64,000 nucleotides of DNA from an uncultured Bacteroides sp. (GTDB taxonomy: Bacteria; Bacteroidota; Bacteroidia; Bacteroidales; GCA-2748055): NCBI GenBank assembly GCA_964453785.1, contig CAYVRK010000015.1, forward strand, positions 7,142 to 71,141. The letters are read 5' to 3'. The notes beneath the pieces are model-generated. The model worked only from the letters and a program-made list of their open reading frames with translations. It did no database searches and was not told where the DNA came from. Positions 1 through 6,525 of this stretch are shown here, piece by piece. Numbering within the stretch: position 1 is the first letter of the stretch; each line of letters begins with the position of its first letter. A program made the translations under genes and the position numbers.

Positions 1-181
1 GGCCGGTCCTTGCGCCTCTTTCTGAAACTGAGAACGATCCGAAGCCTACGAGAGCAACGCGATCACCTTTTTTCAATGCACCAGTTGTAACAGCGATAAA
101 AGCGTCAAGAGCCCTTTTGGCATCTGCTTTAGTCAAGTTGGCATCAGCAGCAATAGCATCTATTAATTGTGCTTTGTTCAT
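1..181 (-). CDS. hup: HU family DNA-binding protein (N-terminal 60 aa only; C-terminus lies beyond the window start)
   Basis: Reverse translation from the ATG at 181-179 gives [60 protein letters not shown], a textbook HU/IHF N-terminus. It is absent from the ORF track because it is truncated by the window edge. Confidence 0.85.
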   Translation of the reverse strand, partial: MNKAQLIDAIAADANLTKADAKRALDAFIAVTTGALKKGDRVALVGFGSFSVSERGARTG

Positions 182-497
182 AATAAAATGAATTTAAGGG
201 TTAGTAAATGTTTTTTCTAAATATTTTCGCCAAATTCTATACAAATATAATTTTTTCTCAATGCCGTCCAAGAATCAGCCTATAAAAAATCGCTGAAATG
301 TTGATAAATGCTAGGTTTTTGGTGATAACCCTCTTTCAGATCCCCCTTCCTCAACCCATTTTTTGACCCTCAACACCCTCATTTCTTATTTTTCGACCAA
401 ACCGCCTGAATGGTCCGCCGATACTAGCCTACTCCTTAACATATAGAAAAACCAGCCTCCACCAATACATATTCATTACCACATTCCAGATTTTTAC

Positions 498-505
498 TAA
501 TTTTG
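498..505 (+). promoter_or_regulatory. Candidate Bacteroidota sigma-A -7 element (TAATTTTG) for tRNA-Ser
   Basis: TAATTTTG fits the TAnnTTTG -7 consensus and ends 6 nt before the mature tRNA 5' end. Confidence 0.4.
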
Positions 506-511
506 CGGCCC

Positions 512-598
512 GGAGGAATGGCAGAGTGGTCGAATGCGGCGGTCTTGAAAACCGTTGTTCGCTCGCGCGAACCGGGGGTTCGAATCCCTCTTCCTCCG
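512..598 (+). tRNA. tRNA-Ser (anticodon UGA), class II with a long variable arm
   Basis: The acceptor stem GGAGGAA/TTCCTCC pairs perfectly. The anticodon stem is GCGGT/ACCGT with loop CTTGAAA (anticodon TGA). The variable arm is GTTCGC-tcgc-GCGAAC and the T loop is GGTTCGAATCC. Discriminator is G, and no CCA is encoded. Confidence 0.93.
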
Positions 599-613
599 CA
601 AAGCATCTCAAAG

Positions 614-640
614 CCCGGACACGTAAGTGTTCGGGTTTTT
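614..640 (+). terminator. Rho-independent terminator after tRNA-Ser
   Basis: A CCCGGACAC-gtaa-GTGTTCGGG hairpin (one G:U pair) is followed by TTTTTATTT. Confidence 0.6.
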
Positions 641-785
641 ATTTGGTGTTTGCCGAACCAAACTTGTTTGAGGGAGGCAAGCAGCAAATAATAACACATT
701 GCGAACGAAGTGAGCGATGGGTTTTGAGATGATTTGCAAGCCTCCCCTCTTGGGATCACGAAGTAATTCCTCTTCAATATGAGTT

Positions 786-1085
786 TTAACCAGAGCCTTT
801 CCGATCAGCTTTCAGGCACACGTAAACATAACCCTTGTCTGCCTCGGTATGAAAAGAACTTCCCACACAACCAATATTCAAAAAGTAGTTTATTACTTCA
901 TTGGCTATCTCTCTATTTTCGACTTTGGCAATTTTGAAGTTTTCAGTGCTTAGAAAAATATCATTACCTATATTCAGATTAGATGGATCATCGGTATTGC
1001 CAACAATAAAATCTTTAAATCCATATTTGCTGTAATACATAAATGCTGAAAGCTTGGCCACCACAACTGATCTGTTGCTCCTCAT
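786..1085 (-). CDS. Hypothetical 99-aa protein, translationally coupled to the upstream 83-aa gene
   Basis: ORF track entry. Its ATG overlaps the stop of 1082..1333 by 4 nt (ATGA). I recognise no domain. Confidence 0.55.
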   Translation of the reverse strand: MRSNRSVVVAKLSAFMYYSKYGFKDFIVGNTDDPSNLNIGNDIFLSTENFKIAKVENREIANEVINYFLNIGCVGSSFHTEADKGYVYVCLKADRKGSG

Positions 1086-1333
1086 CCTTGTTGGATTTTC
1101 TTTAGTTTATAACACTCGATGCATAGAATTTCATACACATGTTCCTTTGATGGACCCTGGTCTGATATACAAATTACCTCCCAGCTCCCCGGCATATCAG
1201 CCTTCCCTCTGCAAGCCCATTCCAAGGGTTTGTTACACCTGATATTGTAATGGTTATGTGAAGGATCACTGCACTGACACCTCGCTTCAGCTTTCTTCCA
1301 GGCTTCCTGGATCAAAAATGGTCGCAACATCAT
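1082..1333 (-). CDS. Small Cys-rich protein with HNH (beta-beta-alpha-Me)-like spacing but without the canonical catalytic His
   Basis: The 83-aa product contains WKKAEARCQC...RCNKPLEW...GSWEVICISDQGP...EILCIECYK. This resembles the W-x-K-x-R...C-x-C...(W/V)E-x-HH-I...N-x-x-LC-x-x-C layout of small HNH nucleases, with HH replaced by IC. It is preceded by bipartite motif copy 1. Confidence 0.55.
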   Translation of the reverse strand: MMLRPFLIQEAWKKAEARCQCSDPSHNHYNIRCNKPLEWACRGKADMPGSWEVICISDQGPSKEHVYEILCIECYKLKKIQQG

Positions 1334-1364
1334 GGTTGATGAAATGGATTAAACACAATGAAGT

Positions 1365-1395
1365 GTTTAATCAGAATGGACACCCTTTTGTTACC
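1365..1395 (-). promoter_or_regulatory. Bipartite motif copy 1: GGTAACAAAA-N13-GATTAAAC (candidate alternative-sigma promoter)
   Basis: The minus strand reads GGTAACAAAAgggtgtccattctGATTAAAC and ends 31 nt upstream of the ATG at 1333. Confidence 0.55.
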
Positions 1396-1481
1396 CTTCC
1401 AGGGCAAAAAAATTGCATGTTGCTTGAAAAGAGTTTTTCTTACCTTTAATCCGTCAAGAAAAAAGTGCTTAAGGTTATTCC

Positions 1482-2096
1482 ATGCAAAGCTACAGCGAAG
1501 ATATTCTCATCAATGGCATCAGGAACCGTGATGATGGTGTATTTAAGTATCTCCAGGTGAAATTCCAGGATGGAATCAGGCTGATGGTACTGGAGATGGG
1601 AGGCCGACCGGAGGATGCGAAAGACGTATTCAATGAGGGACTCATTGCTCTCATCCGTTTGGTTGATAAGGAAGACTTTAAACTAACATGTAAACTTGGG
1701 ACGCTGCTGTATGCTCTATGCAATAAGATATGGAAGCAGCAGATTGAGAAACAAACCGCAGCGCGGAACTATCATTTACGAAAGCTTGATACTACTCCAA
1801 CAAAAGATTTCTCTGAAAACTATGATGAGGAATTATTCAAAGATATTTTCTGGGGTTGTTTCGAATTGCTTGATACGGTCTGCAAAGAGATCCTGAAAGG
1901 ATACCTCAAAGAAATATCCCCTATGGATATCGCTAAATCTCTTGGTTACAGCTATGGGTACGTTAGAAAGAAAAAAAGCACTTGCCATAGTTATTTGATA
2001 CAAATGATCGAGAACAACCCAGTATTTGTCAAAATTCAAAATAGTGAAAAAGAGTTAACACCTGTACAAAAAGCAATCGCAGTTGATGAAGGATGA
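1482..2096 (+). CDS. RNA polymerase sigma factor, sigma-70 family, ECF-like
   Basis: The 204-aa product has a region-2-like segment (PEDAKDVFNEGLIALIRL) and a region-4 HTH (ISPMDIAKSLGYSYGYVRKKKSTCHSYL). Its size and two-domain layout are typical of group 4 sigmas. Confidence 0.85.
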   Translation: MQSYSEDILINGIRNRDDGVFKYLQVKFQDGIRLMVLEMGGRPEDAKDVFNEGLIALIRLVDKEDFKLTCKLGTLLYALCNKIWKQQIEKQTAARNYHLRKLDTTPTKDFSENYDEELFKDIFWGCFELLDTVCKEILKGYLKEISPMDIAKSLGYSYGYVRKKKSTCHSYLIQMIENNPVFVKIQNSEKELTPVQKAIAVDEG

Positions 2097-2868
2097 TGTA
2101 GGAAATAAGCAATTATTGGCCGATTACCTTTACGGTGACCTGGAACCCGGTGATGAAATGGAATTTGAAAGAATGATTTCAGATCATCCGGAGCTGTCTG
2201 AATCCTATCACTTTCATGTCAAGGTAAGAGACTACCTGAAAGCAAAGATCCAATTGGAAGAGATGAGATCGGACCCATTGCTCGGCGAGGCGGAAAAACT
2301 GGCAGAACATGCCTTCGACGATGATGCTGAAGCTTCGGTTCCAGGTATGCTGAGAAAGAGGTTGAAATATATTCCTGCGGTGGCAGCATCAATTGCCCTT
2401 CTTTTGGTCGTACGTTTCTTTATCCCCGCAACAAATCCGGATGCCTTGTTCTCAGCTTATTATACTCCGCTTTCTGCGACCAATTTCAACCAACGGGGAG
2501 AAACGGATGTTATCTCCTCCGAATTCTCAGAAAGTATCGATCTGTTTAACCAGGGGGCATACGAACAGTCCATCCGAATTTTAAATCAGCTGGAAACGGC
2601 TCAAACTGAGCTGCCGGAAGTGGAGCTGTTTCAGGGATTAAACTATATGGGACTGGAACAGTATGGTAAAGCAAAGGATTTTCTTAATCATTATATCGAG
2701 AACAACACCCGTTTGCTCCCTGAAGCATACTGGTATCTGAGCCTTTGTTTCCTGAAAACCGGCGAATATGCAAAAAGTCAAGAATTTCTTACCCGGCTGG
2801 AAGCATATGACGGAATATATAAAAAAGACGCTCAGGTCCTCGAGCGAAAACTGCGGCGGATCAGGTAA
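2086..2868 (+). CDS. Anti-sigma-like single-pass membrane protein with an extracytoplasmic TPR-like domain
   Basis: It overlaps the sigma stop by 11 nt. The N-terminus (LLADYLYGDLEPGDEMEFERMISDHPEL) is of the anti-sigma type. There is one TM segment (IPAVAASIALLLVVRFFI) and a C-terminal part with TPR-like helices (AYEQSIRILNQL, GKAKDFLNHYIE, YAKSQEFLTRL). The start is set at ATG 2086 rather than TTG 2083. Confidence 0.7.
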   Translation: MKDDVGNKQLLADYLYGDLEPGDEMEFERMISDHPELSESYHFHVKVRDYLKAKIQLEEMRSDPLLGEAEKLAEHAFDDDAEASVPGMLRKRLKYIPAVAASIALLLVVRFFIPATNPDALFSAYYTPLSATNFNQRGETDVISSEFSESIDLFNQGAYEQSIRILNQLETAQTELPEVELFQGLNYMGLEQYGKAKDFLNHYIENNTRLLPEAYWYLSLCFLKTGEYAKSQEFLTRLEAYDGIYKKDAQVLERKLRRIR

Positions 2869-5591
2869 ATACCCATTCCGCAGATTGCCAGAATAACAAA
2901 TGAAAAATACACCCGTTTCGGGATTTTGATAAGCGGATCCGGATTGCCGGTGACCTGGTATCCCGCCCAGTAGTAAGGATGTGTATAAGAGGGAGGCGAA
3001 TTGACCAGGTATTTTTTCTTGGCCATGGAGAGTGCCTGCCCCTTTGATTTTCCGGTTTTCAGCTCCTGATAGAACCCTACCATGATCTGATGGGCTTTTA
3101 CATCTTCTACCGGCCATAATGTGTGTATCACTGAAGCGGCTCCTGCCAAGAGAAAACTCCTTGAAAGACTAAAGATCCCTTCCCCCAGCTGAAGCAGCCC
3201 TCCTCCTGTTTCACAACTGCTTAATACAACCATCGGTGAGGTCAGTACCATGGAGTTGATTTCATAGTCGTACAGGCGGTCTGAATAAACTGAATCATGA
3301 TCTGTATCAAGAAGGAAATACGGTGGGCTACCACCCTTATCATCCGCATGAGCGTGCATGGCAAGATGTATGACTACCTCATCGCTCATGTATTCCAGAA
3401 GCTCATCTTTCGACAGCACATCCTCGATACGGCTTCCTTTAACCATTCCGACTATTTCACGGACTTCAGAAAGAGCCCCCCAGAGATAAAGGGAGCTGTC
3501 TGGCCGGGTGTGTGCATAGTCAGGCACAAACGCATGGATCTTTGGAAAGGAAGATTCAGGTTTCCAGACCCTGTTCATGGTCCGGGAATTATACATATAA
3601 GTTATATCATAATCATTTAACAGGTAAGGTAATCCGGCATAGTTCAGAATCGTGTCCTTTTCATGTTGCCGGATCAGCGCATCGAAGGGTAAACTTGCAA
3701 TCTCCGCATCGGGTGCTATGATCAGGTTCCTGCCTTTAATACGTTGCTCCACCGGTTCAAATATTTGCTGATAGATCCCGTACAATGACGTTTTCAGGTT
3801 TTCGAATTGTACCTGGGATTCGGTGAAAAAATTAAACCCATGGAGATTCTGCATTATATTTTCCAGGTATATGTAAAAACTGCTATCGAGATCCCCCTGC
3901 CATATATAAAAATCCTTCCTGGAAACAACGAATGCATACAGTCTTTGTGGTCCTTCTGCTTCTTTGCCGGATATGTAATACTCCACAAGTGTTTCCCTTT
4001 TTCCCAGGTGCCGGCGAGTCCACTCAAGTGAAAATTCATTGTCAGACAAATCAAATTGTCCTATCTGGGGATGTTCCTTTTTAAGTTGTTCCATTTTCCG
4101 GCCAAAAGCCTGCCTGGAACTGAACAGATGATCCTGCCAGGCGGACAATCTTGAAGAATCAGGGATCACTTCCTGGATCTCATTCTGAATCAGGTTTGAA
4201 AAGAGGTCTATTCGCTGTTTCAGCTCCAGAACACTGGTGGCCAGCGTATCGGACAGGCTCTCAAGGTACAGCCATTCTTTCTCTCTCATCTCAAATACCA
4301 GTTCATTTGATTTTCCGGTAGCGGCCAGGATGAAGGCCTGTTCCTTCAATTTTGTGTCATGGACGAGTCCAAATTGCATGATATTCAAACGGATACCCGT
4401 GCTGAATAGATCTTTCTGACCTGAGATAAGATAAGTACGGCTTTCACCGGACAGGTAGGATCCCTGTATGAGATAGAGCACCTCAATGGCCCTGGCATTT
4501 GTTGCCAATGCTGCATCAAGGATTTCAATTTTCGTCGAATCAGGTATTGACTTGCCGGCCATGCCTTCCAGTACTTTGGTTTTTGTGCCAAGGCATTTCA
4601 GAAGGGTCAGGTCATGAAGCGATTGTTTGATTTCCGGATTTGTATAAGGGTCCCTGTCATTAAATCCGCCGGAAACCGATATCAGGGCAAGCTGGACCAT
4701 TTCAAGTGCCTGAGAGAAATTCTTCTCTTCAAGGTAAAAATTTGCCAGACGTTCATATGCGGCAGCAGTAAGAGGGTGTCTAATCCCATAGTTGTTTTTA
4801 TAATTCTGTATGGCCAGGGCTATATTTGATCTGGCCCCCTCACGGTCTCCCTGTTGGGCCATGAACAGCCCGAAGTGAAGATAAACATTGGCAAGCTGGT
4901 AATGGTCTTCCCCTGATTCCACAATCCATTGATCAATGCTTTTACCAAAATACCGGCCTGCCATCTCAGGACTATCGAGCGCCATGTAAATCCGGGCCAG
5001 GTTATAATAAACACTTCCCAGGTAGGATTGGGCCCGGGTTTCCTTAATCTGCTCACTCTCCTTCATAAGTTCCAGTGCTTCCTTAAACCGTCCAAGCCGG
5101 TAATAGACAAGTCCCTGGTTGAACTTGAGCATGGACAACTTGTTGTAATATGCCTCATCATGTACAGGCAGGGATTGAAGCAGCTTGATGGCCCTGTCAT
5201 AGTAGGAAAGTGCATCGGGATATTCCCCCAGCCAGCCATGGAGCAAAGAGAGGTTGTTATAGACACTGATCTTCAGTTGTACAGTCCCTTGGTCATAAGA
5301 ACGGGTAAGACTATCTGCTATCCGGTATTGTTCCAGGGCATCTTCAATGTAACCCATTTCATAATAGACAATACCAAGAGAGTTGCACACCAGCGCCAAA
5401 TTATAATCCGGCAGTTGATCTCCTTCATCTATAATACGTTCCAGAAGGGATCCGGATCGAACGAAGTCCCCCGCTGCCCATGCTTTCCGGTATTCAGAAT
5501 ATAACAGACGCGCCGAATCTGCCGGAATCTGACAGAGAATCTCCGGCAGGATACCCAAGCCCAGTAAAAACCACAAGAAATGCTTTTTCAT
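2832..5591 (-). CDS. Exported TPR-repeat CHAT-domain (caspase-fold) protease with a C-terminal membrane anchor
   Basis: The 919-aa product has a signal peptide (MKKHFLWFLLGLGILPEILCQ), then about 350 aa of TPR repeats. The C-terminal CHAT domain carries a His/Cys dyad context (VIHLAMHAHAD ... VVLSSCETGGG). A terminal hydrophobic helix (VYFSFVILAICGMGIYLI) is followed by RRSFRSR. Confidence 0.9.
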   Translation of the reverse strand: MKKHFLWFLLGLGILPEILCQIPADSARLLYSEYRKAWAAGDFVRSGSLLERIIDEGDQLPDYNLALVCNSLGIVYYEMGYIEDALEQYRIADSLTRSYDQGTVQLKISVYNNLSLLHGWLGEYPDALSYYDRAIKLLQSLPVHDEAYYNKLSMLKFNQGLVYYRLGRFKEALELMKESEQIKETRAQSYLGSVYYNLARIYMALDSPEMAGRYFGKSIDQWIVESGEDHYQLANVYLHFGLFMAQQGDREGARSNIALAIQNYKNNYGIRHPLTAAAYERLANFYLEEKNFSQALEMVQLALISVSGGFNDRDPYTNPEIKQSLHDLTLLKCLGTKTKVLEGMAGKSIPDSTKIEILDAALATNARAIEVLYLIQGSYLSGESRTYLISGQKDLFSTGIRLNIMQFGLVHDTKLKEQAFILAATGKSNELVFEMREKEWLYLESLSDTLATSVLELKQRIDLFSNLIQNEIQEVIPDSSRLSAWQDHLFSSRQAFGRKMEQLKKEHPQIGQFDLSDNEFSLEWTRRHLGKRETLVEYYISGKEAEGPQRLYAFVVSRKDFYIWQGDLDSSFYIYLENIMQNLHGFNFFTESQVQFENLKTSLYGIYQQIFEPVEQRIKGRNLIIAPDAEIASLPFDALIRQHEKDTILNYAGLPYLLNDYDITYMYNSRTMNRVWKPESSFPKIHAFVPDYAHTRPDSSLYLWGALSEVREIVGMVKGSRIEDVLSKDELLEYMSDEVVIHLAMHAHADDKGGSPPYFLLDTDHDSVYSDRLYDYEINSMVLTSPMVVLSSCETGGGLLQLGEGIFSLSRSFLLAGAASVIHTLWPVEDVKAHQIMVGFYQELKTGKSKGQALSMAKKKYLVNSPPSYTHPYYWAGYQVTGNPDPLIKIPKRVYFSFVILAICGMGIYLIRRSFRSRT

Positions 5592-5657
5592 CCGGTCATG
5601 TCATCAACAGACCATAAAAATATTTAAAATTTCACAGAGCCGGATGAAAAAGCATTT
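5578..5657 (-). promoter_or_regulatory. Perfect 18-bp inverted repeat with a 44-nt spacer, covering the CHAT start codon
   Basis: 5578-5595 AAATGCTTTTTCATCCGG and 5640-5657 CCGGATGAAAAAGCATTT are exact reverse complements. The first arm contains the CHAT ATG (5591-5589) and the 4 nt upstream of it. Confidence 0.5.
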
Positions 5658-5676
5658 TTCGATAGTTTCGTTAAAC

Positions 5677-5823
5677 TTATTTTTTCGGATCCCAGGGATC
5701 ATCATTACCGGGCTGGCTTCCATCGCCGTCACCACCCAGGAGAAAATTCATTTTGTTTTTTTCCAGTTTTGCATTTCTGAACCTGGCTTCCATGTCCGAA
5801 ATTAAGAATCTTGCTTTTTTCAT
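5677..5823 (-). CDS. 48-aa peptide with a double-glycine leader-like N-terminus (below the ORF-track size cut-off)
   Basis: Hand translation gives MKKARFLISDMEARFRNAKLEKNKMNFLLGG/DGDGSQPGNDDPWDPKK. The LEKNKMNFLLGG segment has hydrophobic residues at -4, -7 and -12 relative to GG. It is preceded by motif copy 2. Confidence 0.5.
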   Translation of the reverse strand: MKKARFLISDMEARFRNAKLEKNKMNFLLGGDGDGSQPGNDDPWDPKK

Positions 5824-5850
5824 TTTTTGTAGATTTTGGTGAATACTGCC

Positions 5851-5881
5851 GTTTAATCCGAAACAGTAGTAAATTGTTACC
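5851..5881 (-). promoter_or_regulatory. Bipartite motif copy 2: GGTAACAATT-N13-GATTAAAC
   Basis: The minus strand reads GGTAACAATTtactactgtttcgGATTAAAC and ends 27 nt upstream of the ATG at 5823. Confidence 0.55.
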
Positions 5882-5904
5882 TGATTGTTAAAGAAACTTC
5901 ATCT

Positions 5905-5961
5905 ATAAAAAAAGTGGTGCAACGTTCAGAAATCAAATATTTGATACTGAAGCTGCACCAC
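5905..5961 (-). terminator. Rho-independent terminator after the 54-aa ORF
   Basis: The minus strand reads GTGGTGCAGCTTCAGTATCAAATATTTGATTTCTGAACGTTGCACCAC. This gives a stem of about 20 bp with few mismatches, followed by TTTTTTTAT. Confidence 0.65.
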
Positions 5962-6025
5962 ACGACGGGGATTCCATGTTTCCCAATCCAGTTTATATTG
6001 CGCAGCAACTGATAACGGTAATTAT

Positions 6026-6190
6026 TCAAACTGATCCCTTGTTTTCCAATCCATCTAGGATTTTATTCTTGAACCGCTTCAATTCAGGAGTGATCCAGAT
6101 ATCACTCATCATAAAGATCAGTATTTCAAGGTCTTCCTGTGAAAGAGGCACCAGTTCGATTTTTCCATTTTTCTTGTCATTGCTTCTCAT
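6026..6190 (-). CDS. Hypothetical 54-aa protein (below the ORF-track size cut-off)
   Basis: Hand translation gives MRSNDKKNGKIELVPLSQEDLEILIFMMSDIWITPELKRFKNKILDGLENKGSV. The ORF is bracketed by motif copy 3 upstream and a strong terminator downstream. Confidence 0.45.
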   Translation of the reverse strand: MRSNDKKNGKIELVPLSQEDLEILIFMMSDIWITPELKRFKNKILDGLENKGSV

Positions 6191-6208
6191 ACCATTTAAT
6201 TTATACCG

Positions 6209-6239
6209 GTTTAATCAGAATTGGTCTTGAATTGTTACC
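6209..6239 (-). promoter_or_regulatory. Bipartite motif copy 3: GGTAACAATT-N13-GATTAAAC
   Basis: The minus strand reads GGTAACAATTcaagaccaattctGATTAAAC and ends 18 nt upstream of the ATG at 6190. It lies back-to-back with copy 4, 23 nt apart. Confidence 0.55.
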
Positions 6240-6262
6240 CTGTTATATAAAACCAAGTCTCA

Positions 6263-6293
6263 GGTAACAATTCTCCCTCCTTTCTGATTAAAC
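6263..6293 (+). promoter_or_regulatory. Bipartite motif copy 4: GGTAACAATT-N13-GATTAAAC
   Basis: The plus strand reads GGTAACAATTctccctcctttctGATTAAAC and ends 31 nt upstream of the ATG at 6325. Confidence 0.55.
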
Positions 6294-6324
6294 TCCAAAC
6301 TGAATTCAAAGCCAAATGGGAAAT

Positions 6325-6489
6325 ATGCGAATCTTGGAGAAAAAGATATTGAATTCTGAGAATCTCATCAGGATAGAATATCAATGTACCGTGTGCGGGA
6401 ATCATTACGATGAGAGTGCTACCAAGGGAACTGGTTCATTACGTATAACCTGCAAGGTTTGCGGTAATACACTCGTAGTTTATGTATAA
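6325..6489 (+). CDS. 54-aa zinc-ribbon protein (CxxC...CxxC; below the ORF-track size cut-off)
   Basis: Hand translation gives MRILEKKILNSENLIRIEYQCTVCGNHYDESATKGTGSLRITCKVCGNTLVVYV. It is preceded by motif copy 4 and followed 36 nt later by the pentapeptide-repeat gene. Confidence 0.55.
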   Translation: MRILEKKILNSENLIRIEYQCTVCGNHYDESATKGTGSLRITCKVCGNTLVVYV

Positions 6490-6525
6490 TCTTGTCTAGG
6501 TTCAAACTTCTGTGTACCTTCAACT

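Noticed and set aside
429-777. Four short track ORFs (60-113 aa) on both strands overlapping the tRNA-Ser region
   Set aside because: They are explained by the tRNA gene and its terminator. They have no start context or recognisable protein features.
1482-5591. A type III-E CRISPR (Cas7-11/Craspase) locus, given TPR-CHAT plus an ECF-like sigma
   Set aside because: The window holds no cas7-11/gRAMP-sized gene, no CRISPR array and no csx30/31-like genes. The CHAT protein also has a signal peptide and a membrane anchor, so it is extracytoplasmic. Only the regulatory logic is analogous.
5578-5657. The inverted repeat as a DNA-inversion (phase-variation) switch
   Set aside because: The spacer is only 44 bp, too short for an invertible promoter segment. 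No site-specific recombinase is nearby. An RNA hairpin explanation fits better.
5644-5805. Plus-strand 53-aa ORF (MKKHFSIVSLNLFFRIPG...) antisense to the 48-aa peptide ORF and sharing MKKHF with the CHAT protein
   Set aside because: Its start is simply the distal arm of the 18-bp inverted repeat. The conserved bipartite promoter motif points the other way, toward the minus-strand ORF. The alternative frame cannot be fully excluded without comparative data.
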